DNA of 39,849 nt, from NCBI GenBank assembly GCA_937942355.1, contig CALDEW010000101.1, forward strand, positions 1-39,849, read 5' to 3'. The first letter of the stretch is position 1. Every line of letters starts with the position of its first letter. The notes under the pieces are model-generated. The model was not told the DNA's origin. It was given only the letters and a program-made list of their open reading frames with translations, and searched no databases. Position numbers and translations under genes: made by a program. This DNA comes from an uncultured Pirellulaceae bacterium (GTDB lineage Bacteria > Planctomycetota > Planctomycetia > Pirellulales > Pirellulaceae). Below, piece after piece: positions 10,743 to 20,400 of this stretch.

Positions 10743-12422
10743 TTACTTTTTTTCCAACACAAGCGTCTTAACGCCTTCTTTGCTATCGAAAGTTGTTGGG
10801 CGATTTTCGCCGGGGAGACCCCAGCAGATTACCAGTTTATCGCCTTGCATGGCGAGGATGCCGGCCGAATCTTTCACGCCATCGCGATGAGAAATCATGT
10901 CAATCCAAGGGTACGGAGAATTCTTAGCCGCCGGCAGTTTGTATTTGGCTGCCTCTTTACGATCACCAATCGCGATCGTCATCGAGTCGTCCTCGAACTT
11001 GACCAGCATTTTTTCCAACGTCGCCGCGTCGGCGCGCCGTCCTCGTCGCGTTGCCGCTAGAACTCGCCAATCGCTTTGGATGGCTTCTTTCAAAGATTTT
11101 GCCGGTGCCTGCGGTCGTTTGGCAATACTGTCTTTAGGATTGGTTCGGTTGGTGGATCCAGAACCAGATTTTCTCGGGGCCTTAGATTTCGCAGCAACGG
11201 AATTCGAGGTCGAACCTGAAGCGCGGATAGCGCCAGCTCTCGATTGATTGAACAACCATTTATACAACTCTTTGTCGGCGTAGGCGGCGTCCCAAATATT
11301 GTGCTTGAATCCCGCAAGTTCGGAGTAACGAGGAGAGCCGCCAACTTCTTTTAAAGCGGCTACCATTGAGCGCGAGTGTTCGACTTCTACAACTTTATCG
11401 CTATCTCCATGGATGATCCACATTGGAGTTTTCTTAAAACGATTAACCACATCGAGATTCGTATCGCCTCCACCACAAAGCGGAACCGCAGCAGCGAAGG
11501 TAGAAGGCCGGCGAGCGATCATGTCGAAGGTGCCAAAACCTCCCATCGAAAGACCCGTTACGTAAACCCGATCCATGTCTATGTTGTCTGTGATTTGGAT
11601 CGAGTTAATCAATTCTAAAGTTAATCGCATGGGCTCCGTCGGCTTAGGATCAAATTTCCCCTTGCCAGAGTTCTTCGCGGGGATGGTTGACCATTTCATG
11701 TCTTTGGGGCATTGCGGCGCAATAATTGTGGCCGGGAACTTTTGCATACCTTCGCGCGACGCAAGGTAATCCAGACCGTGCTTGAGTTGTGCAACGTTAT
11801 CATCGCCTCGTTCTCCACTGCCGTGAAGGAATACGATTAACGGGAGGGGGCGACTATTACCTACGGTTCTTGGAGACAATTTGCGGTACTTCAATTCGCC
11901 GCCTGAAGGACTTTTGAAAATCTCTTTAGAGAATCGTAAATCCAGAAGCGCAATTGATTTCTCGTCCTGTTGGCTTTCGGGTTTCTTGTCCTGGCTTTTG
12001 CTTTTTTCCATTGCCTGAGAAGAATCGCGCTTCTCCTGAGAAGAATCGCGCATCTCTTTGGATTTGCTCTTCGTCGACGTCATTGAATCTTTGGCAGAAT
12101 CGTCGGAAGTGGATTGTGACCCTGGTGCCTTGGACGTTTTGTCCGCAACATCAGCTTTCGTTGAATCGCTGGCCAAGAAAGCTTCGGAACTGGCGGGCGT
12201 CGCCTCTGGAGCTGCGAGGGAGATGACTTCGTTTAAATTCTGCGCATTGACTGCCGACCCATCACCTTCAACCTTAGGCGCGCCAGCAGAGTTGAAATTG
12301 CCGACTATCTGGTGGTAGGCATCGGTGACAACGTTTTCCTCTTCGAAGAACCCGTCGAAGTAAGCGCCGGTTGAAACGCCAGCGAGAATGCCGGCAACAC
12401 AAATAAATGTTTTTCTAATCAT
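10743..12422 (-). CDS. Exported alpha/beta-hydrolase (esterase/peptidase) fused to a C-terminal planctomycete TIGR03067-type domain
   Basis: N-terminal hydrophobic segment and S/K/D-rich linker; FLHGSGERG, APQCP, GLSMGG nucleophile, HGDSD and HNIW triad; C-terminal IQSDWRVLAA...GILAMQGDKLVICW...RPTTFDS. Start at ATG 12422 preferred. Confidence 0.85.
   Translation of the reverse strand: MIRKTFICVAGILAGVSTGAYFDGFFEEENVVTDAYHQIVGNFNSAGAPKVEGDGSAVNAQNLNEVISLAAPEATPASSEAFLASDSTKADVADKTSKAPGSQSTSDDSAKDSMTSTKSKSKEMRDSSQEKRDSSQAMEKSKSQDKKPESQQDEKSIALLDLRFSKEIFKSPSGGELKYRKLSPRTVGNSRPLPLIVFLHGSGERGDDNVAQLKHGLDYLASREGMQKFPATIIAPQCPKDMKWSTIPAKNSGKGKFDPKPTEPMRLTLELINSIQITDNIDMDRVYVTGLSMGGFGTFDMIARRPSTFAAAVPLCGGGDTNLDVVNRFKKTPMWIIHGDSDKVVEVEHSRSMVAALKEVGGSPRYSELAGFKHNIWDAAYADKELYKWLFNQSRAGAIRASGSTSNSVAAKSKAPRKSGSGSTNRTNPKDSIAKRPQAPAKSLKEAIQSDWRVLAATRRGRRADAATLEKMLVKFEDDSMTIAIGDRKEAAKYKLPAAKNSPYPWIDMISHRDGVKDSAGILAMQGDKLVICWGLPGENRPTTFDSKEGVKTLVLEKK
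12014..12055. repeat. 21-bp in-frame tandem duplication in the esterase linker (RDSSQ twice)
   Basis: CCTGAGAAGAATCGCGC(T/A)TCT occurs twice in tandem. Confidence 0.8.
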
Positions 12423-12533
12423 GGTAGTGGAGCCACGCAAATAGCAAGTTGTTAGATTGCTGACGTGGTTGTTGGGAGACGTGTTAGAACTTTGAGGTCA
12501 AAATGCCTACCCAACTAGTATAGATACAGGCTG

Positions 12534-13427
12534 TTAGATTTTTTGGCCGATTGCAAAAATTTCTTCGACTTCTAACGTCTGATCATTGGATTGGAAAAGC
12601 GTCTCAATCGCACGTTTGTGGATTTTCATTTTCAATCCCCCTACCCCAATTGCCCCATAGCAGACTTTGCCCTGAATCTCTTTTGCTTTGTCAAATGCCC
12701 CAATCCCCGCAATTCCCGCAGGCGGAACGCCATTTAGGTCGATTGCCACTTCAAGATTGGGTAACGATTGCCAACTGTCATCCAGCAACTCGATGCCTGC
12801 TGCACCGGCCGCAAAAACTACGTGAGCGTTAGAAACGGCAGAATTGGTTTGATCGGAATTAGCGGTCTCACAGGGCTGAAATTTGCCTGCAGGTAATTGT
12901 TTTCTTAGCTGTTGGCAGATGCCTTCGGCTTTGTCTAAACGGCGTGAACAAATGTTGATTTGCGTGTTGCTGCCCTCCTTGGTCGCGGGTCCGGCGATCA
13001 AGTGTGCGATCCGCATTCCTACGGGACCGGTGCCGGCAACAATCGTGACCGTTTTATCATCGAGGTCAATGTGCTTTTGTGCGCAGATCACAGCGGCGGC
13101 TGCGGTCGTGTTGCTGCCGTTGGGGTCGGACATGAGTGATACGCGCATGGGACCAAAAAAACTGGCCTTTGCTTTGGCGACAAGTGCCTCAGATGCTTCC
13201 ACATTACTTCCGCCAAAGAACAATGCCGTCGACTTCAGATCGTCTGTGCCGCGGGTGAAGATGGCTCCATGAACGAGGCCTTCGACCTGCGTTTCAGTCA
13301 CGGCGTTGTGGCGAAAAAGATGATCAACACCAGAATCGATGGCGACCACGGAATCGAATGTGCTGGTTTGTGGGTCGGGGTCGAATTGGATCAGGATCTT
13401 GGACTTACTCATCGGGTTTTTGCTCAA
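12534..13427 (-). CDS. mtdC: NAD(P)-dependent methylene-H4MPT/H4F dehydrogenase (Mtd family, probably planctomycete MtdC type)
   Basis: STFDSVVAIDSG, VHGAIFTRG, FFGPMRVSLMSDPNGSNTTAAAA, GTGPVG, DLNGVPPAGI, GAIGVGGLKMKIH; adjacent to fae. Start is TTG 13427 or ATG 13412. The subtype is inferred from taxonomy. Confidence 0.88.
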   Translation of the reverse strand: MSKNPMSKSKILIQFDPDPQTSTFDSVVAIDSGVDHLFRHNAVTETQVEGLVHGAIFTRGTDDLKSTALFFGGSNVEASEALVAKAKASFFGPMRVSLMSDPNGSNTTAAAAVICAQKHIDLDDKTVTIVAGTGPVGMRIAHLIAGPATKEGSNTQINICSRRLDKAEGICQQLRKQLPAGKFQPCETANSDQTNSAVSNAHVVFAAGAAGIELLDDSWQSLPNLEVAIDLNGVPPAGIAGIGAFDKAKEIQGKVCYGAIGVGGLKMKIHKRAIETLFQSNDQTLEVEEIFAIGQKI

Positions 13428-13459
13428 ACGTAAAATTGTCTTTGGGGTTAATCACAGTT

Positions 13460-13491
13460 AAAAAAAAAGCCCGCCTCAAAATGAAACGGGC
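13460..13491 (-). terminator. Rho-independent terminator after fae
   Basis: On the minus strand GCCCGTTTCA-TTT-TGAGGCGGGC forms a 10-bp stem (2 G-U pairs) followed by nine T; 27 nt after the fae stop. Confidence 0.85.
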
Positions 13492-13518
13492 CCTTTTTTG
13501 AATTCAACTGCGACTCAA

Positions 13519-14013
13519 TTAGAATCCGCGGAAAGGATGAACTTCATCCTTCTTTGCGATCATCTCGTCCGCTGACGGAGAAGATTTCATCGCGCTGGCG
13601 ATCGCTGCCTTGGTAGCGTTGTAGTTGTACTCGTAGATCTTCTTGTCGTCATCAGCTTGAGGGTGAATGAACACACCGCAAACACAGACAAGGTCTTCTG
13701 TTTGGTCTTTTGGGATGACACCGTCAGCCACGCTGTCAGCAACCGCTTTGGCGACGGCGGCTTGTGCTGGACCGAACATTTGAACCGCTTGCTTCATGCC
13801 CTTGATCGTCACTTTTGTGACCATGACAGTAGAAGGTTTTACGGCAACGTTGGGAGTGATCACAGCAAGCAGATTTGAGTGACCTTCAGACTGAGTCGAC
13901 AACGCGTTTGCGAACGCGGTCCCAACAGGACCAGCCTTGCTGCCGATCATCAAGTCGATATGCGCAATTTCATTTCCATCGCCATCAAGGGCTTCACCGA
14001 TAAACATCGACAT
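13519..14013 (-). CDS. fae: Formaldehyde-activating enzyme
   Basis: GEALDGDGNEIAHIDLMIG (catalytic His), TKVTIKGMKQAVQMFGPAQAAVAKAVADSV, GVFIHP; AGGAGA RBS. Confidence 0.97.
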   Translation of the reverse strand: MSMFIGEALDGDGNEIAHIDLMIGSKAGPVGTAFANALSTQSEGHSNLLAVITPNVAVKPSTVMVTKVTIKGMKQAVQMFGPAQAAVAKAVADSVADGVIPKDQTEDLVCVCGVFIHPQADDDKKIYEYNYNATKAAIASAMKSSPSADEMIAKKDEVHPFRGF

Positions 14014-14209
14014 ATAATTTTCTCCTACTAAATGTTACGCACGAGGCGTGTTAGAATTCCGCCCGATGGAAGCTCAGATTTGTTTCTGAACGTCCACTGA
14101 GTTGGTTAGTTATTTCGGCGGTTGCGGGTACGCACACCGCCACGAATTGGATAGTTCCGTAAGAATATCAAAGTTAATTGACAATGCCAGCGGGGGTGAA
14201 GGGTTTTCG

Positions 14210-15457
14210 ATGCTAAATCACTCACATGTGTTGGTAATTGGAGCCAGTGGTCGATTTCTCGCTCAATCTGCAATTCGATTAAGTTGCCAAGTTTCCGTGA
14301 TCGATCTTTTCGCAGACGCCGATACCGGACAATTGTGCGCTGGATCCCAACAATTTTCACGTGATGAAAATCTGATTTCTTGGGCGCGGAGGATCAACGG
14401 CCTGGGTGATCTGTCAGCTATTGGCCAAGGCAGCGATGGTCGGGTTTTGGACGCTATTGAACCGGAGATGGGTTCGACTCCGTTCACGATCGTGTTTTCC
14501 GGTGGTGGCGAAAACTACCCTGAATTTTTCCGTCGCGGTTTTTGGGGCGGCTCCGACATTGCCGGGCCGGCGGAGGAATCCATCGCAGCATTGCTTCAAT
14601 GGCCAGTCGTCCATCGCGTCTGTCAGACTCATCAGATCCAGACCCCGCGGTCCTGCCACCGCCAAGAGGCGACCGGGAATATGGTGGCTTCGACAACGTG
14701 GTTGCGAAAACGGAAGCGATCAGGCGGTGGTTTGCAAGTTCAACATTGGATCCCTGTGGAGAAACTCGATGAGGGATACTATCTGCAAGAAAAGATAGAA
14801 GGGACGACGGTGAGCGGCTGTTTCGTCTCCTCCTATCACGATGGTCGTTCAAGCACGCACCTCTTGGGTGCCTGTCAGCAGTTGTCAAATGAACAGCCAG
14901 ACGATTTTCGATATCAGGGATCGTTGGGACCTATTGTTCTTAGTGAAGCCGACTATCGGGAAATGGAACGTGTTGGCCGTTGCATCGCTTCTGAGCTGAA
15001 TCTCAAGGGCGTTTGGGGAATTGATTTTGTTTCTTCCGCGCAGGGGCTCTATTTAATTGATATCAACCCGCGCGTGACCGCATCGGCTGAGCTGATCGAA
15101 CGTTTCTATCGGAGGCGTCAATCAGACTTCACGATCCTGGGAGCGCATCTGGAAGCGGCGATGTTCGGTCGAATTCCTAAGCCAATGAGGGACTTTGGAG
15201 ACCACATTTTTTCAAAGACGATCATCTACTTGGATGCTGAACTTCCGTTGACCGTAAATAAGGCAATGGCTGAGTTCTTTTTGGGTAACCCTTGGATCAC
15301 AGATGTTCCGAACATTGGCACGGAGATCCAACCCGGCCATCCGATAGTGACCGTTCATGCCGAAGCCCAAAGTCTTCAGGGTTTGAAGGTCAGAGCAGCG
15401 AAACGCATTTCACAAGTGCGGGCGATCACGGGTAGGAAAATTCGTCAGCCGGAGTAG
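14210..15457 (+). CDS. ATP-grasp carboligase of the H4MPT gene clusters (Orf1/COG2232-like)
   Basis: VLVIGASGRFLAQSA, IDLFADAD, GGGEN, WLRKRKRSGGG, YYLQEKIEG, FRYQGSLGP, GVWGIDF...IDINPRVTASAE; divergent from fae. Start at ATG 14210 preferred over TTG 14102. Confidence 0.8.
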   Translation: MLNHSHVLVIGASGRFLAQSAIRLSCQVSVIDLFADADTGQLCAGSQQFSRDENLISWARRINGLGDLSAIGQGSDGRVLDAIEPEMGSTPFTIVFSGGGENYPEFFRRGFWGGSDIAGPAEESIAALLQWPVVHRVCQTHQIQTPRSCHRQEATGNMVASTTWLRKRKRSGGGLQVQHWIPVEKLDEGYYLQEKIEGTTVSGCFVSSYHDGRSSTHLLGACQQLSNEQPDDFRYQGSLGPIVLSEADYREMERVGRCIASELNLKGVWGIDFVSSAQGLYLIDINPRVTASAELIERFYRRRQSDFTILGAHLEAAMFGRIPKPMRDFGDHIFSKTIIYLDAELPLTVNKAMAEFFLGNPWITDVPNIGTEIQPGHPIVTVHAEAQSLQGLKVRAAKRISQVRAITGRKIRQPE

Positions 15458-15546
15458 TGCGGGATTTAACTCTAAACAGAATTGAATTTTCAAATGCGAA
15501 CTTGCCAAACTGCCCATGCAGTGCATCAGCAAAGAATTAGAGTTTA

Positions 15547-15649
15547 GGTAGTGGATGAGGCAACGAGTCCGGCCCCTCCTTTACCCTTTCGTTCAGTCTT
15601 TGGTGCATCGTTTAATGCAGCCGCTGGACTCGTGGCCTCGTCCACTACC
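15547..15649. repeat. REPIN/MITE-like hairpin element, copy 1 (GTAG-family REP arms)
   Basis: 24-bp inverted arms GGTAGTGGATGAGGCAACGAGTCC and GGACTCGTGGCCTCGTCCACTACC (2 mismatches) around a 55-nt spacer; lies between convergent genes. Confidence 0.88.
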
Positions 15650-15682
15650 GTTAAACTGAGACGTTACGTTTCACTGGTAGGC

Positions 15683-17074
15683 TTACCGCGGTTTTCCTGT
15701 CGCGACAGCGATCAAATCGTAGTCTTGGAACGTGACCACTTCGCACGCGACGATGCTGCCCGGTTTCAAAGGATGATCGGTTTCGGTCACGATCACAGCC
15801 CCATCGACGTCCGGCGCATCACCCTCACTGCGTCCAACCCAAACGCCCGGTTGATCGGCAACGGAATTGTCAATGATCACGTCGATCGTTTTGCCGACTT
15901 GGCGTTCGTTGTGCTCGAACATGATTTGCTGTTGCACTTCCATCAGCCGGCGTTGGCGGTCGAGTTTGACGTCCTCTTCTAAATGGCCAGGCAGCTTTGC
16001 TCCCGGCGTGTCCGGTTCGAGCGAATAAGTGAACACACCCATCCGTTCAAACTTGTGTCGCTGGACAAATTTCACCAGCGTTTCAAACTGTTCTTCGGTC
16101 TCTCCAGGGAAACCGGTGATAAACGTCGTCCGCAGCGTTACGTCGGGAATCAGCTTGCGAATCAGATCAATCTGCTCGTTCATCTGTTCTTGATTCACTC
16201 GCCGCGACATCCGCCGCAGCATCGTATCGTCGGCATGTTGCAGAGGCATGTCGATGTAAGGCAGGATCTTTTTCGATTTGGCGATCACGTTGATCAGTTT
16301 TTCGTCAATGTACATCGGATAGAAGTACATCAACCGAATCCAGTCAATGCCCATGACGCCGTTGAGCTTTTCCAACAGCTCGGCCAATCTTGGTTCGCCG
16401 TAGAGGTCCATGCCATAGTAGGTTGTGTCTTGGGCAACGATCACAAGCTCGCGGACGCCCGAATTTGCCAGCTGAGTTGCCTCAGCCAAAACGTTCTCCA
16501 TCGGCTTGGTCGCGTGCTTGCCACGCATTTTTGGGATCGCACAAAAAGTACACAGACGGTCACAGCCTTCAGAGATCTTCAAATAAGCAAAATGCTTCGG
16601 CGTGATCTGCAAGCGGTCTTCATCAGGCAAGGCGCGGATGGGAGCCGGTTGGAAGACGTTTCGTTGTTCGGCCTGGTCGCCGACCAAGCGGTCTGCGATC
16701 TTGGTGATCTCTTCTCGGCCGAATACACCGACCAACGAATCGATGTCGGGACGCTGCTCGAGCATCTCTTCCTTTTGTCGCTCGGCCAAGCAACCCGATA
16801 CGATCACGCCTTTGGTTTTGCCGGCGCGTTTGAGTTCCAGCATCTCGTCAATGGCGGCGTACGACTCGGTCCGCGCTTGTTCAATAAACCCGCAAGTGTT
16901 CACAACGACGAAATCACTCTGCTCGGGATCGGAGATCAAGCGATAGCCGTCCAGCTTCAGAAGTCCCATCATTCGTTCGCTGTCGACGGTGTTTTTGGGG
17001 CAACCGAGACTTATGAACGAGTAAGTCCCCTTAATGTCTCGGCTTTCGGGAATTTGTTTGAATGACGTGGACAA
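15683..17074 (-). CDS. rimO: Ribosomal protein S12 methylthiotransferase
   Basis: SLGCPKNTVDSE, VNTCGFIEQARTES, SGCLA, radical SAM CDRLCTFC, LRTTFITGFPGET, C-terminal TRAM domain with DAPDVDG. Confidence 0.96.
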   Translation of the reverse strand: MSTSFKQIPESRDIKGTYSFISLGCPKNTVDSERMMGLLKLDGYRLISDPEQSDFVVVNTCGFIEQARTESYAAIDEMLELKRAGKTKGVIVSGCLAERQKEEMLEQRPDIDSLVGVFGREEITKIADRLVGDQAEQRNVFQPAPIRALPDEDRLQITPKHFAYLKISEGCDRLCTFCAIPKMRGKHATKPMENVLAEATQLANSGVRELVIVAQDTTYYGMDLYGEPRLAELLEKLNGVMGIDWIRLMYFYPMYIDEKLINVIAKSKKILPYIDMPLQHADDTMLRRMSRRVNQEQMNEQIDLIRKLIPDVTLRTTFITGFPGETEEQFETLVKFVQRHKFERMGVFTYSLEPDTPGAKLPGHLEEDVKLDRQRRLMEVQQQIMFEHNERQVGKTIDVIIDNSVADQPGVWVGRSEGDAPDVDGAVIVTETDHPLKPGSIVACEVVTFQDYDLIAVATGKPR

Positions 17075-17275
17075 AGCACACCTGTAACTTAGCGAAAAAT
17101 AGGAACTGTAGGGTAGAACCGCACATCGTATCTCAATTAATGACCGGCCAATAGCGGCAATTTTTCAAAGTAAGCCTCTGTAAGTCCAGACTCCATCTCT
17201 GAGTCACGGTGAAGCGGGCTCGTTCCGACGATAATCGTCAAAGTTTATCCATCTTAAAGCCGTTGGTAGAGTTTT

Positions 17276-17325
17276 CCGGATATTCCGATATTGGCGATTG
17301 AATTTAATTTGCCGGATATGCCGAT
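17276..17325 (+). promoter_or_regulatory. Direct repeat CCGGATAT(T/G)CCGAT, two copies, upstream of the secretin operon
   Basis: Copies at 17276-17289 and 17312-17325 (36-nt period); the 3' half resembles the sigma28 -10 element GCCGATAA. Confidence 0.4.
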
Positions 17326-17471
17326 CTTTCCAGTGACGTGGATCTCCACCCGTAAAGAGATGCGCGTTGGAATTAGGTGGTGGATAGCCAGATAGGATGC
17401 TCTTTTGTTTGCATTATCCGTGATCCACCAGCTGATTTCAAAATTGCCAAGGGGAACAAGGACTCGGAAAT

Positions 17472-20400
17472 ATGCTGATGCTGAATCGAAGACAACTCAA
17501 CCGCCTGATGCTTAACAGTCGCCGCTGCTTGGTTGCTGTCATGCTGGCCGGTGCTTTTCCAGCCTCCATTTATGCGCAAGACAACGGCGGCTATCAAGCT
17601 CCGCCTCTTCCGCAGACGTCACGGCCTGCGGGGGCGGATCCAATCCCCGATTCTCCGGCAGCGGAAACACCCGTACGCGTTGCTCAAGTTTTGGACAACT
17701 CTGGGACGCTGGCAAATCAAAACCAACCACAGCCCTTGGTTCCACGGCCAGCAATTGAAAACTTAAACCAGAATCCTGGCGACACGACCCTTCGTCCTGG
17801 TCAACCCGGAGGCGTTGAAGGCCTCAAAGGTGAGGTGCGAATCGTTGTCGATCCGGATACAGGGCAAGTCACGCTCATTGGTGACCCTGAAGATACAGCA
17901 ATCGTACGGAAAAAGTTTGAAGAGCTCTCAATAACTTCTGCTAAACCGGGCGTCGATCGGATCTTGCTAAACAACCTTCTGGGAGAACAAATCGCCGAAT
18001 CGGTTCAAGAAATCTACGACACTTACTATGCCAACACACAAGGCGCTGCGATCATCAAACCGCTGCGGTCTCCTAACGGACTTATCGTTACCGGATCACC
18101 TCAAGCGATCCAATCCGTCCGCGCGATTGTGGAAAAGATCGATGTTGATGCGCCTCCGAAAGCCGCTGAAGACGGGCCATTTATGTCCTTCCAACTACGG
18201 CATATCAGTGCGGCTGATGCCAAGCGCCGATTAGACGGATACTTTGGTCAGCAGGCTACCGGCGGTGGCGGTGGTGAAGCAGGCGATAGCATTCCGCCGG
18301 ATCCCGTCATAACGGTCGCTGATTTTCGCAGCAACGTGCTCATCGTTCGCGGCGCCAAGCAGTACCTTGAACAAGCCGAAAAGGTCATTCGTTCGATCGA
18401 TGTTGATGATGGTGGTGCCACCGACGTGGTACGGATCTTCCCGCTGACGAACACGATCGCCGAGCAAATGGCGGTTGTGCTTCAGGACGCTATCAACGGG
18501 CAGTTGCCCAATGCGGGACAAGGCTTCAACCCAGATCAAAACGCCCAACAACAAACGGCTCAGCAGACGCAGGCGGATGAGTTTTCCTCTTCGCTGCGAT
18601 CAGCAGCAGCCAAACTGAAAACATTTTCTGCCGACGGAAGTATCGTCAGTGGCGGAATTATGTTTGGCGTCCGTGTCACCGCCGATCGCAACAGCAACTC
18701 GTTGATTGTTCGCGGACCTGAATCCAGCATGGATCTAATCGGCGAATTAGTATCGCAGTTGGACCGTTTACCGAATGCCGAAGCGCTGCTTAAAGTTTTC
18801 ACGATTGAAAATGGAGACGCTCAGGCGTTGCTGGACACGTTGCAAGCCTTGTTCCCCGATGATCAGAATCAGCAACAGGGTGGCGGCGGAAACAATGGTA
18901 ACAACAGCGGTATCAATACGCCGCTGCAATCGGCCAGCGCCTCCTCCGGTGCATCGTTGATCAACCTACGTTTCAGCATCGACGAACGAACGAACTCGAT
19001 CATCGCAACTGGCCCTTCGGGTGATCTCCAAGTCGTCGAAGACTTAATCTATCGTCTTGATGAAGCCCAAGCCGATCAAAGGCAAACGGTAGTGCATCGA
19101 CTTAGCAACTCGCCCGTTTTGGACGTCCAGGAAGCGCTTGAAGCATGGATTGATGCTCGCCAAGAAAGAAATGGCGACGACCCAAGGACATCGCCGGGCG
19201 TGAATTTCGCGGATCGTGACGTGGATGTCGTTCCCGAAGTCGTCAGCAACAGCCTGATCATTAGCGCTACGCCTGAATACCTGCCGGAGATCATGGCCGT
19301 CATTCGCCGGCTTGATCGCCGGCCGCCCATGGTGAAGGTGAAAGTTTTGATCGCGGAAGTCGATCTAAATGCGATGGAAGAATTTGGCGTCGAGGTCGGA
19401 GTTCAAGATTCGCTTGTTTTCGATCGTGGAACCAGTTTGGCCGGCAGTACGATCGCCAGTGGAATTGGTTTGCCGTTTAACAATCCGAACATGGTCGCTA
19501 ATACGAACGCTTTATTCCGCGAAACCTTGGCCGGACAAGGGCTGACGAACTTTGGAACCGGTCGCGTCAATGTCAATGGCCAAAGTGGGCTTGTGTTGTC
19601 GGCTGGGAACGAGTCGATCAACGTCTTGATTCGTGCCCTGCAAACCCGCAACTGTTTACGTGTGTTGAGTAAGCCTCACCTCGTTACGTTGGAGAATCTG
19701 CAAGGCCGCGTCGCTGTGGGCCAGCAGGTTCCGCGCATCACTGGGTCGTCCCAAACTGCGATCGGTGGAGGCGTTACGAACACGGTTCAGGACGTGGACG
19801 TGGGTGTGATTTTGGAGATGACGCCGCGTGTTAGCCCTGATGGAATGATCGTCATGTTCGTCAACGCTACGAAATCAGCTTTGGCGACCGGTTCGCCAGG
19901 AGTAGCGGTAGCGGTTGATGCCAACGGCAACCCCGTGTTTCAACAGCCTATCAATTCAACGTCGGCTCAGACGACCGTTATGGCTCGCTCAGGTCAGACC
20001 GTGGTCTTTTCAGGGCTGATTCAGGAGTCGAAGAGTCACACCGAAACTGGCATTCCGATTCTTTCGGACATTCCTGTTCTCGGTCCGCTGTTCAAATTCG
20101 AAAACGATACTGCCCAACGCAGCGAGCTGATGATCATCATGACGCCCTACCTGGTGGATGGCGATGAAGAAATTGAGATTCAAAACCAAGACGAAATGGA
20201 TCGAATGCACTGGTGTCTTTGTGATGTCGCCGAAATTTACGGCAAGACGGACTACAACGGCTATCGACCTGAAGAGGGCGCTGTTGAAACGATCTATCCC
20301 GATCAAGGTTTCCAGCCGGTCGATGCGGTTTCTGAACAGACATATTCTCAACAGCCACACTCGGATCAGACATATTCTGATCCCAATCCAACCGGCACAA

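Noticed and set aside
15983-17065. 360-aa ORF on the plus strand
   Set aside because: Fully antisense to rimO with no recognisable motifs; a codon-bias shadow
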